A stretch of DNA of 46,295 nucleotides from a virus (lineage: Duplodnaviria; Caudoviricetes). Positions within the stretch are counted from its first letter, which is position 1. The number at the start of each line of letters is the position of its first letter. The stretch spans positions 1 through 46,295 of the IMG/VR virus record IMGVR_UViG_3300012942_000012, one strand, 5' to 3'. The position numbers and the translations under genes are program-made. Below the pieces are notes generated by a model, which saw only the letters and a list, made by a program, of their open reading frames with translations, was not told the origin of the DNA and ran no database searches. Positions 9,605 through 16,885 of this stretch are shown one piece after another.

Positions 9605-10133
9605 TCCTGTTCTGGTCGCCCTCATAGGCGGAGCGTTCACGCTTCTCGCACCGATCTGCACCCTGATCGGTATCCGCTGGGAACGACGCACAAAGAACAC
9701 CCATGCCGAAGCCGCGCTGCACACCTCCGAGGCCGCCCAGAAACAAGCCGAGGCCGCCCAAGAGGAAGCCGAAGCCGCCAAGGGCGAAGCCGAAGCGGCC
9801 AAACGCCAGGCCGACGCCGCGCTGGTCGCCGCGGTCGCCGAGATGCGGCGCGCCGTCACCGCCGAACGTCAACAAGCCAACGCCGACTGGGCGCGGTTCT
9901 GCGACGCCAAAGACCGCGAGATCGACTCCCTGCGGGAACGCGTGGAAACCAACGACGAACGGCTCGGCCAGGCCGAGATGCGGGCCCTGGCTGACCGGGA
10001 ACGCGCCGACCGCTTCGACCGCCTCTACTGGAAGGCCGTGGTCTACCTGCGGATCCTCATGCGCGGGGTCAAAGATGAACACCCCGAATTCGTGTTTCCC
10101 GCACCGCCCGAAGAGCTGATCGCGGACCTGTGA
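9597..10133 (+). CDS. Membrane-anchored coiled-coil lysis accessory protein
   Basis: N-terminal TM segment followed by Ala/Glu-rich heptads (AEAA repeats); post-holin position typical of mycobacteriophage lysis cassettes. Confidence 0.7.
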   Translation: MSDPVLVALIGGAFTLLAPICTLIGIRWERRTKNTHAEAALHTSEAAQKQAEAAQEEAEAAKGEAEAAKRQADAALVAAVAEMRRAVTAERQQANADWARFCDAKDREIDSLRERVETNDERLGQAEMRALADRERADRFDRLYWKAVVYLRILMRGVKDEHPEFVFPAPPEELIADL

Positions 10134-10134
10134 C

Positions 10135-10437
10135 ATGAAGGGCATCCGGCGGGCGGACTGCTTCTGGCTGGCAGCCGCCGGGCTGCTCGCCGCGGCGATC
10201 GTCTACAACGTGTTCATCGCCGCTGACGGCGACACCCTGTCCGAGGCGTTCGACGGCTACATCGAACGCTGGCCCTGGCTCAAACCGGCGCTGCTGATCG
10301 TGGCCCGGCATGTGGCCAACGACCTGGATCCGCGCGCCGACCCGATCGGGATCGGTTTCGTGCTGGTGCGCGCGGTGATCCGGCGCAAACACCGGGCCGT
10401 GGTGGTGGTTGTCGACGACGCGGCCGCCGGCGGTTAG
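10135..10437 (+). CDS. Small membrane protein
   Basis: N-terminal TM; TLSEAFD..HVANDLDPRADP motif seen in post-lysis actinophage genes. Confidence 0.7.
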   Translation: MKGIRRADCFWLAAAGLLAAAIVYNVFIAADGDTLSEAFDGYIERWPWLKPALLIVARHVANDLDPRADPIGIGFVLVRAVIRRKHRAVVVVVDDAAAGG

Positions 10438-10529
10438 CCGTAGTTGCCGTACGGGTAGGGGATCGTGCAGGCGCTGGCCAGCGCCGCCGTCAGTGCCAGG
10501 GTCAGGGTCAATTTGAGCCGGGTGGACAT
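10434..10529 (-). CDS. 31-aa putative micro-lipoprotein (MSTRLKLTLTLALTAALASA-CTIPYPYGNYG)
   Basis: GGAG RBS 8 nt upstream, basic n-region, hydrophobic h-region, lipobox-like LASA|C. Confidence 0.6.
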   Translation of the reverse strand: MSTRLKLTLTLALTAALASACTIPYPYGNYG

Positions 10530-10621
10530 TGGCCGCGCTCCGTTCGTCGTGGGCTCAGACGAGAGGGGATTGCCCGATGGCAGCGCAGCTTACCGGGTGA
10601 TCGCCGCGCACGGGGCCGAAA

Positions 10622-10650
10622 ACGGCCGATAAGGTCGCCTTATGTCAGTA
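10622..10650. other. Xer/dif-like site 1: ACGGCCGATAA-GGTCGCC-TTATGTCAGTA
   Basis: Arms match the mycobacterial dif as recalled (TAAGCCGATAA GCGACA TTATGTCAAGT) at 8 contiguous inner bases each; 7-bp spacer; contains the stop codon of 10645..10878. Confidence 0.6.
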
Positions 10651-10878
10651 GTCGATACCCGCTACCGGCTGCTCGGGGTGATGGCGTCCGCTGTTGGACA
10701 TAGGGCATTTGGATGACCCGAGATGGGCTACCCAGTCGTACTCATCGTTGCCGTCGAGGCGGAATGTGATGTGCAGGCCGCAGTGGATGCAGGTGTTGAG
10801 CTTGATGTTTTCGCTGGCCTGGGCCGTATCGTCCAGTGGGTTTCCCCAGTCGTCATATAGGCCGAGGTCTTCGGTCAT
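10645..10878 (-). CDS. 77-aa hypothetical protein with Cys/His motif (CIHC...C...HH)
   Basis: AAGGAG RBS before ATG 10878 (MTEDLGLY...). Confidence 0.7.
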   Translation of the reverse strand: MTEDLGLYDDWGNPLDDTAQASENIKLNTCIHCGLHITFRLDGNDEYDWVAHLGSSKCPMSNSGRHHPEQPVAGIDY

Positions 10879-10887
10879 GCCGTCTCT

Positions 10888-10900
10888 CCTTATGTCAGTC
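10888..10900. repeat. dif-like half site (XerD-like arm) CCTTATGTCAGTC
   Basis: 12/12 identical to 10638-10649; contains the stop of the upstream gene and overlaps the RBS of the next. Confidence 0.55.
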
Positions 10901-11056
10901 CTGGGGGAAGTGGACGGACAGCTTCGCTCGCCCAGTCTGGGCAGCCTCAATGATGGCGTTCCATTCCGGCTCGGGGACGTCGTACCTGCTCCCGTCCGTG
11001 AAGCGAACCTCCACATCGCCGTTATCGCGACCGATCGCGTAATCAAACGTCTTCAT
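10895..11056 (-). CDS. 53-aa hypothetical protein (MKTFDYAIGRDNGDVEVRFTDGSRYDVPEPEWNAIIEAAQTGRAKLSVHFPQD)
   Basis: Translated by hand; AGGAG RBS; absent from the ORF track because of its length. Confidence 0.7.
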   Translation of the reverse strand: MKTFDYAIGRDNGDVEVRFTDGSRYDVPEPEWNAIIEAAQTGRAKLSVHFPQD

Positions 11057-11072
11057 GTTCGATCTCCTGTTG

Positions 11073-11101
11073 TGAGCCGATAATGTCGCGATACGTCAGT
11101 C
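11073..11101. other. Xer/dif-like site 2: TGAGCCGATAA-TGTCGCG-ATACGTCAGTC
   Basis: 21/25 identical to 10625-10649 in direct orientation; 7-bp spacer; contains the stop of 11096..11494. Confidence 0.55.
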
Positions 11102-11494
11102 GGGCCACCGTGCCGACCACCACTCGTTGCGCGAGTCATATGTGCCGATTCGATAGATGACGTGCTGGTCGTCGGCGTCGATATGTAGTAGCGCGTCCAT
11201 GAAACAACGGCTGTACTTGTGGCTCGCGGGACCGCAAGTGCAATACCGCATTTCAGGCATTGATAGGCGCATCTCGGGATAGACGACGCCGTCGTTAATG
11301 TTCGGATCGAAACCGCTGTAGACGTTCTCCAATAGCTCCCACGAGAACGTGACCTCGGGGTCTGCGTGCCGCACTTCCGCTGAGACGAACTCTCCATCGC
11401 GGTATTGATGGCGCAGCACCAGGACGCCGGGCGGCTCAACGCTGAATGCCGGTAGGTGGTCAACGCTTGTGAGGACGCTTCCCATGGCGGTCAT
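11096..11494 (-). CDS. Hypothetical protein (132 aa)
   Basis: ATGA overlap with the upstream gene; tandem leftward operon. Confidence 0.7.
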   Translation of the reverse strand: MTAMGSVLTSVDHLPAFSVEPPGVLVLRHQYRDGEFVSAEVRHADPEVTFSWELLENVYSGFDPNINDGVVYPEMRLSMPEMRYCTCGPASHKYSRCFMDALLHIDADDQHVIYRIGTYDSRNEWWSARWPD

Positions 11495-11748
11495 GCGCCG
11501 CGGTCTTTGGTGGCCGTGAGAATCCGCGCAACCTCGACATCGGGAATCGGTGACGACGTAATCAGCTCGAAATCCGAGCCGATCAGTGTCACACCGAGCG
11601 TGTTGATCGCGGCGACCACCGCGTCTTGAACAGCCGTTATTTGACCGCTGTGCTCAAGCAGCTCTTGTGCGACGTGTTCGGCGTGGGCCTCCACGGTGAA
11701 TAGTCCAGCTCCGCACGCGCAGGTGACGGCCGAATCATCGTCGCTCAT
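11491..11748 (-). CDS. 85-aa hypothetical protein (CxC...HxxH)
   Basis: GAGGG RBS before ATG 11748 (MSDDDSAVTCACG...AHAEHV). Confidence 0.65.
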   Translation of the reverse strand: MSDDDSAVTCACGAGLFTVEAHAEHVAQELLEHSGQITAVQDAVVAAINTLGVTLIGSDFELITSSPIPDVEVARILTATKDRGA

Positions 11749-11774
11749 GGTGTCCCTCTCTGCGGCCTCATAGG

Positions 11775-12017
11775 TCAGACGGCGGGCGGATAGTTGCCGT
11801 ATATGCCGGCGCGCAGGTCGCCGCGCAGGAACGCCTGGTTCTGCCGGTCGGCGCGGGCGCGCAGCTCTGCGGCGCGACGCTGGCGGGCGATGCCGGCGTC
11901 GTCGGCGCGGGCCAAGGTCTTGCCGATCGAGTAGCCGACGAACGCCACGGCCGCGATCAGGGCGAGAAGCCAGGCGAACTTCACCACGAACACCACCACC
12001 GCAAGCAGCACGATCAT
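11775..12017 (-). CDS. Small membrane protein
   Basis: Long hydrophobic N-terminus, basic C-terminus, ATGA overlap. Confidence 0.7.
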   Translation of the reverse strand: MIVLLAVVVFVVKFAWLLALIAAVAFVGYSIGKTLARADDAGIARQRRAAELRARADRQNQAFLRGDLRAGIYGNYPPAV

Positions 12018-12358
12018 CGCAGCGACTCCGGCGGTACCAGTTCGGCGTATTGCGGGCAGTAGGCGGTGGTGGAGGCGAACAGGAACTGATCAGCGTCACG
12101 CAGCGTCCATGAGCCGGGTCCGGTTTGACCCGGTGCGCTGAGCCCGGCGGTCTGCAGCTGCCCGTAGGATGCCCCGCGATCCAGTGCCGCACAGGCCGAT
12201 CGGGCCGCGGCGATCGCGTCCTGGCGCGAGCTGTATCCGATCTTGTATTGATCGAGGATCTGGAAAAAATGGGCATCCTGGTCGGGATCGGCGGGGGCCG
12301 GCGCCGCGCAGATCAACATGACGAACCCCGCCATCGCAGCGCACGGCAGCTTGAGCAC
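12014..12358 (-). CDS. Secreted DUF732-like protein
   Basis: Signal peptide ending APA-D; DxxFL..G..AIAAARSACAALDRG...AYCP two-Cys pattern. Confidence 0.75.
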   Translation of the reverse strand: MLKLPCAAMAGFVMLICAAPAPADPDQDAHFFQILDQYKIGYSSRQDAIAAARSACAALDRGASYGQLQTAGLSAPGQTGPGSWTLRDADQFLFASTTAYCPQYAELVPPESLR

Positions 12359-12384
12359 ATGGTCATGCTAATCATCGGCGCCTC

Positions 12385-13236
12385 CTATGCTGCGCTATTC
12401 CGATCGGTGCCGCGGAACGGATTCAAACGTTGCACCGCGCTGTGGCGGCGCTCATCGGGCACGTGGGTGTAGATCTGTGTGGTGGCGACGGATTTGTGCC
12501 GCAGCAGCTCCTGCACGGTGCGCAGATCGGCGCCGTCCTCGAGCAGCGTCGTCCCGTACCAGTGCCGCAGGCTGTGCGGTGTGCCGCGTGCACCGACGCG
12601 GCGCATGACGCCGCCGATGATGTCGGACACACTCTTGGGGTGAACGTGGTCGCCCGGTCGGCGGCTGTTCGCGGGAAACCACCAGCCGCGAGCGGGCATC
12701 GTCGCTGCCGCATCGACCAGGAGGGGATGCAGCGGCAGCCATGATCGCTTGCCGTTCTTGCCGATCACGTAGATGCGGGGCGTCTTCACGTCGATGTCTT
12801 CGCCGCGGGTGCGAGCGACTTCTGAGACACGGAAACCCTCCAGTGAGGCCAGCAGGATCATGACGCGGGTGCGGTGATGCATCGGTGCGGTCAGGATCCG
12901 CAGCAGGTCGTTGTCGCCGACGGGCCGGGGGACCCGTTCTGGGTATCGGGGCGCAGCTAATTTCACCATCGGGTTGTCGCCGCGGTAGTCCATGACGTTG
13001 AGCCAGGTGAACCAGGCTCGCAGGTAGCTGTAATAGGTGGCTGCGGTCGAGGCCGACCATTCACGGTGTCGGGCCAGCCATCGCACGATGTCGAGCGGTT
13101 GGGCAGCAGCTGCGGTGGTGCCGGGCAGTTCCTCGGCGAATTGCGCGATGACGCGTAGACGCTCGCTGACGGTCTGTTCGGAGAGGCGTGCGGCCAGTTG
13201 CCACAGCATCCACTCCTCGAGCAATGAGTCGGGCAT
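12385..13236 (-). CDS. int: Tyrosine integrase lacking the N-terminal arm-binding domain
   Basis: GFRVSE (R), GKNGK (K), PHSLRH, LLRH and TQIYTH catalytic motifs; ~283 aa from ATG 13236 (start uncertain, ORF open to 13317); C-terminus NSAA. Confidence 0.92.
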   Translation of the reverse strand: MPDSLLEEWMLWQLAARLSEQTVSERLRVIAQFAEELPGTTAAAAQPLDIVRWLARHREWSASTAATYYSYLRAWFTWLNVMDYRGDNPMVKLAAPRYPERVPRPVGDNDLLRILTAPMHHRTRVMILLASLEGFRVSEVARTRGEDIDVKTPRIYVIGKNGKRSWLPLHPLLVDAAATMPARGWWFPANSRRPGDHVHPKSVSDIIGGVMRRVGARGTPHSLRHWYGTTLLEDGADLRTVQELLRHKSVATTQIYTHVPDERRHSAVQRLNPFRGTDRNSAA

Positions 13237-13369
13237 AGCGGTCGTTAACCCCCCGGTTGTGTTGCGGCAGTGCGGTATTCCCGCTGCCGTCATCGAAGCA
13301 CGAGGGAGGATTATCACGAGTGCCCTTTGAAAAAATTATTAATAGTCTTAGGAACTAAATTTCCGGAAC

Positions 13370-13708
13370 TCACGCGGCAACTAGCGGTCTTGTAATCCGC
13401 AGGTCCCAGGTTCGAGCCCTGGTGGGGGCACCGGCGCCGCCGTCGTCTGGTCCGCGGTCGAACTCTGCGCGAAAGAAGACCGCCACGTTCACGCGCAGCG
13501 CGTCAGCAATCTTTTCGAGCTCGGTGACGGTGAAGGAGTCGCGCTCGCTTTGCGGCTTGAGGCGACGGTTGAGGGTCGACTGTGCGATACCCGTGACGGC
13601 CGCGAGCCGCAGCTGGCTGACGCCGGCGCGGGCCATCTCTGCGCGGACTTCTGCCGCGACACGCCCTCTGACTGTCGATCGGTCAGCAAGGCTAATCACT
13701 TTGGTCAT
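13370..13708 (-). CDS. Immunity repressor (XRE/HTH) with ssrA-like C-terminus
   Basis: SQLRLAAVTGIAQSTLNRRL HTH; ends ..ITRPLVAA; divergent from cro; likely start ATG 13708. Confidence 0.88.
   Translation of the reverse strand: MTKVISLADRSTVRGRVAAEVRAEMARAGVSQLRLAAVTGIAQSTLNRRLKPQSERDSFTVTELEKIADALRVNVAVFFRAEFDRGPDDGGAGAPTRARTWDLRITRPLVAA
13393..13432 (+). other. attP common core (3' half of a tRNA) inside the repressor gene
   Basis: TAATCCGCAGGTCCCAGGTTCGAGCCCTGGTGGGGGCACC carries a T-arm (CCAGG TTCGAGC CCTGG) and an acceptor strand; resembles the mycobacterial tRNA-Lys(UUU) 3' half from memory; no 5' half present. Confidence 0.85.
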
Positions 13709-13801
13709 GAGCAACACAATAATGCACACCACAGATAATGCAACCGCACCACGGGTAAACACTGCCCGTCGGTAGGTAACCGTAACCCACCCAGAAAACA
13801 T

Positions 13802-13852
13802 TTATCCACCCGTGGGTATGTCGTTGCTTGACAGTTACCCACCAGTGGATAA
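13802..13852. promoter_or_regulatory. Two 18-bp quasi-palindromic operators
   Basis: TTATCCACCCGTGGGTAT (13802-13819) and TTACCCACCAGTGGATAA (13835-13852) lie between repressor and cro; the second sits in the PR spacer. Confidence 0.7.
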
Positions 13853-13856
13853 TGCT
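13828..13856 (+). promoter_or_regulatory. Early rightward promoter (PR)
   Basis: TTGACA-17 bp-AATGCT, about 8 nt before GTG 13865 (leaderless start plausible). Confidence 0.6.
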
Positions 13857-13864
13857 TGGCACCT

Positions 13865-14092
13865 GTGAGCATAGTTACACCAAGCGCCGCGGTCGCCGCT
13901 GAAGTCCGAGCGCACATGGCGCGCCAACGGATCTCGCAAACCGCCGTCGCCAAAGCCCTCGGACGATCGCAATCCTCGATGTCACGGCGCCTCGGAGGAA
14001 CCCAGCCCTTCACCGTCGACGAGCTCTACAAGCTCGCCGACCTCTTCAACATCAACCCCGCTGACCTCGTGTCCGTCGAGGCCAGCGCATGA
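13865..14092 (+). CDS. Cro-like HTH protein
   Basis: SQTAVAKALGRSQSSMSRRL HTH; first gene of the rightward operon. Confidence 0.85.
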   Translation: MSIVTPSAAVAAEVRAHMARQRISQTAVAKALGRSQSSMSRRLGGTQPFTVDELYKLADLFNINPADLVSVEASA

Positions 14093-14322
14093 ACAAGCTC
14101 GCCACGCTGCTGATCATCGCCGCGGCCCTGCTGACCCTGTACGCGACGGCCTCATTCCTCACCGGCTTCGACACCGACTTCCAGAACTCCGCACTGCTCG
14201 CAGCTCTGTGCCTGGTATGCGTCGTGCTGCTCAACCGGGCCCAGTACCTCCGCAGCTTGCGGGCTTTGACCCGCCAAAGCGTGTGGGCCCGCCGCGACCG
14301 AGAGGCAGGCCGCGATGTCTGA
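14089..14322 (+). CDS. Two-TM membrane protein
   Basis: Two hydrophobic segments; ATGA overlap. Confidence 0.7.
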   Translation: MNKLATLLIIAAALLTLYATASFLTGFDTDFQNSALLAALCLVCVVLLNRAQYLRSLRALTRQSVWARRDREAGRDV

Positions 14323-14563
14323 CGCATCCTGGGCAGCCACCACGCTGATCGCGCTTCAACAAAAGCCCCACATCTATGCAGGCACCGTGCCGGCCGACGA
14401 GGTCGCGCGACGCCGCGCGAAGAACCGCCACGCGCGCCGGCAACGGCGCGGCAACACCAGCGCGCTCGCGCGCCAGGCGCGGCTCAACTGTCCCCAGCGA
14501 CGTCGGTTCCGCCGCGGCCAAGCACCTGATCCGCTCGGACTGCACACCGAGGCGGCGTCATGA
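14315..14563 (+). CDS. Arg-rich basic protein
   Basis: IYAGTVP..EVARRRAKNRHARRQRR; GAGG RBS. Confidence 0.7.
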   Translation: MSDASWAATTLIALQQKPHIYAGTVPADEVARRRAKNRHARRQRRGNTSALARQARLNCPQRRRFRRGQAPDPLGLHTEAAS

Positions 14564-14931
14564 TGTTCAACCCCATCAACGCCCTTCGAACACTGGCGTC
14601 CCACGCGTTCGACGGCCTGTCGATGCTCACCTATCCCGCCGCGGACGACATCTGGGATTCAGCCACTCGACGCCATGACGTCCGTGGTTCGCAGCCCAGC
14701 GCAGAGGCCGACCTCCTCGGGGAAATCGCCGGACATCTCGCTGCGCTGCGCGCCCTGCTCGAAGACGTCCGCAACCTGATGATGACGCCCGCGACGACCA
14801 GCGTCGGGGGCCTCGAGCTCCACGCCGGTGCGCACCAACGATGCTTCGCGCTATCGCCCGCCGGGGATAGATGCGCCGAACCTGCCGGACATATCGGCCA
14901 ACACGCGCTCAACGGAAACACCTGGCTCTAA
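14560..14931 (+). CDS. Hypothetical protein with C-terminal Cys/His motif
   Basis: ATGA overlap; C..C..GH.GQH. Confidence 0.6.
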   Translation: MMFNPINALRTLASHAFDGLSMLTYPAADDIWDSATRRHDVRGSQPSAEADLLGEIAGHLAALRALLEDVRNLMMTPATTSVGGLELHAGAHQRCFALSPAGDRCAEPAGHIGQHALNGNTWL

Positions 14932-15012
14932 ACGAGATTGGCCCCGCACGGATAGCGCCGCACGGGGCCACGCCCAACCAGGAAACCCAACAACAGGAAG
15001 GAAGTGCTTCCC

Positions 15013-15309
15013 GTGAGCACAACCAGCATAAACGACCGCCCCCACGAATACCGAATACGAGAGCGCCGGGTCGCCCCCGCCAACTACCCGGTTATCGACG
15101 CCATCATCACCGGCGACCGCTACCCGATCATCCGTGCGGCCGCCGCCGGCGAAGGCTCCGACAAGTGGCTCATCACCTGCGGACCCGAACTTTCCCGCGC
15201 CATCAGCAATGAATTCCGCTTCCCCCCAACGCTTTATGCATCATCCGACAGCGACGCACGGACCTGGGTGGAACTGCTCGCGGCGCTGTATGTGAAAGCG
15301 GTCCGGTGA
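15013..15309 (+). CDS. Hypothetical protein
   Basis: GGAAGG RBS after the hairpin at 14939-14970. Confidence 0.6.
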   Translation: MSTTSINDRPHEYRIRERRVAPANYPVIDAIITGDRYPIIRAAAAGEGSDKWLITCGPELSRAISNEFRFPPTLYASSDSDARTWVELLAALYVKAVR

Positions 15310-15581
15310 TGACCCAAATAACCGGACCCATGCGAATCCTGCGCAAGTGGATCCAGCCCCGACACCACGAATTGCCCACCGTGCAGCTGCCCGCCACCAT
15401 GACCGACGACGATGTCGAATTCTGGGGCGACATCCTCTACTTCCGCGGCCTACTCGACAGCATCGTCGAACACTGCAACCTCGAAACCCGGCTGCTGCCA
15501 ATCCCCTCGGCCATGAGCACTGCACTCGATGCCGCACTCATCCTCGCCGCGCACGACTTCGCCGCCGGGATACGAGCATGA
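15306..15581 (+). CDS. Hypothetical protein
   Basis: Overlapping start/stop codons at both ends. Confidence 0.6.
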   Translation: MMTQITGPMRILRKWIQPRHHELPTVQLPATMTDDDVEFWGDILYFRGLLDSIVEHCNLETRLLPIPSAMSTALDAALILAAHDFAAGIRA

Positions 15582-15904
15582 AATGGCTCGGGCCCTGGTG
15601 GGCCTGGATCTGGGTGAGCACCACGATCATCACCGCCGCCGTCTACTACAGCATCCCCGCCCACGCGGACCCCGTCACCAATTACGCGGCCCTCGCCGCG
15701 CCGGCAGTCTGCGAAACACTCGACGAACACCCCACACTCCCCGGCCTTTCCGGACTACTCAACGCGGTCCAGACCGACTCCGGATTTACCGGACGGGACG
15801 CCGCCGCCGTCGTCGTCTACGCGGTTAAAACCCTTTGCCCGCGCCACATCCCACTGTTGCAACGCTTCGTCTCCACTTACGCCCCGACAGGACAGACAGC
15901 ATGA
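15578..15904 (+). CDS. Secreted/membrane DUF732-like protein
   Basis: Signal peptide ending AHA-D; AVCETLD...TLCPRH; ATGA overlap. Confidence 0.65.
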   Translation: MKWLGPWWAWIWVSTTIITAAVYYSIPAHADPVTNYAALAAPAVCETLDEHPTLPGLSGLLNAVQTDSGFTGRDAAAVVVYAVKTLCPRHIPLLQRFVSTYAPTGQTA

Positions 15905-16254
15905 GCACCACTGACGCCCTGGCCCAACTCGAAAACCAGGTCACAGAAAAATTCATCGAGAAAATCACCGAACGACTCCCGCTCACCCCGTTCGACCCCA
16001 CCGGCTGGCTCACCGGCATCGAATTCGGGCCCATCATCGACGGCCCAGTGCTCGGACCAGTCATCGAGGACCCGCTTTCCAGCACCCGCCCGAGTGGCCA
16101 ATTCCCGCGCGAGCAATGGGTCGTCTACCCGAACCGCCGCGCGATCGCGCTATCCATCGTTGGGCGCGCACTTGAACTCGAAGCCATCACCGACGACCAA
16201 TGGGCCCAAATCGCGTTCCTGATGGCTTACGGCGGAAAGGAACGCCTCACATGA
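15901..16254 (+). CDS. Hypothetical protein
   Basis: ATG 15901 with ATGA overlaps at both ends. Confidence 0.6.
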   Translation: MSTTDALAQLENQVTEKFIEKITERLPLTPFDPTGWLTGIEFGPIIDGPVLGPVIEDPLSSTRPSGQFPREQWVVYPNRRAIALSIVGRALELEAITDDQWAQIAFLMAYGGKERLT

Positions 16255-16547
16255 GCGCGCTACCCGGACACGCCCAGGCGCGGCATTCGGCAACCGTTTC
16301 CGAGGCAGACCTCACCTGGCAGCGCGACGCGCGATGCGCCGGTGCGGATCCCCAGCTGTTCTTCAACCCCACCCGCGAAGGTGTGCGCCCCCAGAAAGTC
16401 GCTGCTATCAAAATCTGCCTAGGCTGTCGCGTGCGGCTGGAATGCCTGCATTACGCCCTCACGCACCCCGACGGCAAACACGGAATCTGGGGCGGCGCAA
16501 CAGAAGCCGAACTCAAGCGGCTACGGCAAGCCCGGGGTGCCGCATGA
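16251..16547 (+). CDS. whiB: WhiB family transcription factor
   Basis: W..ARC..DPQLFF..CLGCRVRLEC..GIWGG (four Cys plus GIWGG). Confidence 0.9.
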   Translation: MSALPGHAQARHSATVSEADLTWQRDARCAGADPQLFFNPTREGVRPQKVAAIKICLGCRVRLECLHYALTHPDGKHGIWGGATEAELKRLRQARGAA

Positions 16548-16885
16548 AAACCAGTCAGCTCTCGCTTGCACTCATGCTCGACGGCAGCATGACCGCGCGA
16601 TTCGAACAATTCCACGCCGAAAACCCGCACGTCTACGAAACGTTGACTCGCCTGGCGCGGGAATGGATCACCAAAACCGGACACCGAAAGCTCGGTATCG
16701 CAACCCTTTTCGAGCGCGCACGCTGGGAAATCGCGCTAGCCACAAACGACCCCGACTTTCGGCTAAACAACAACTGGCGCGCCTTCTATGCCCGGCTCAT
16801 CATGCGCCAGGAACCCGACCTCGCGGGACTGTTCCATCTGCGCATCAGCGAAGCCGACGGATGGATAGAGGCCAGGACGGCATGA
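16544..16885 (+). CDS. Conserved phage hypothetical protein
   Basis: FEQFHAENPHVY..ERARWE..FRLNNN..FYAR; ATGA overlaps. Confidence 0.7.
   Translation: MKTSQLSLALMLDGSMTARFEQFHAENPHVYETLTRLAREWITKTGHRKLGIATLFERARWEIALATNDPDFRLNNNWRAFYARLIMRQEPDLAGLFHLRISEADGWIEARTA

Noticed and set aside
9700-9830. GCCGA(A/G)GC tandem repeats as CRISPR or VNTR
   Set aside because: Coding AEAA heptads of a coiled coil; no spacers
13325-13365. AT-rich patch as replication origin
   Set aside because: Short and located between repressor and int; more plausibly promoter or attP flank, and iterons occur at 21273
13360-13435. Functional tRNA gene
   Set aside because: Only the 3' half is present, with no D-arm or 5' acceptor strand; it is the attP core
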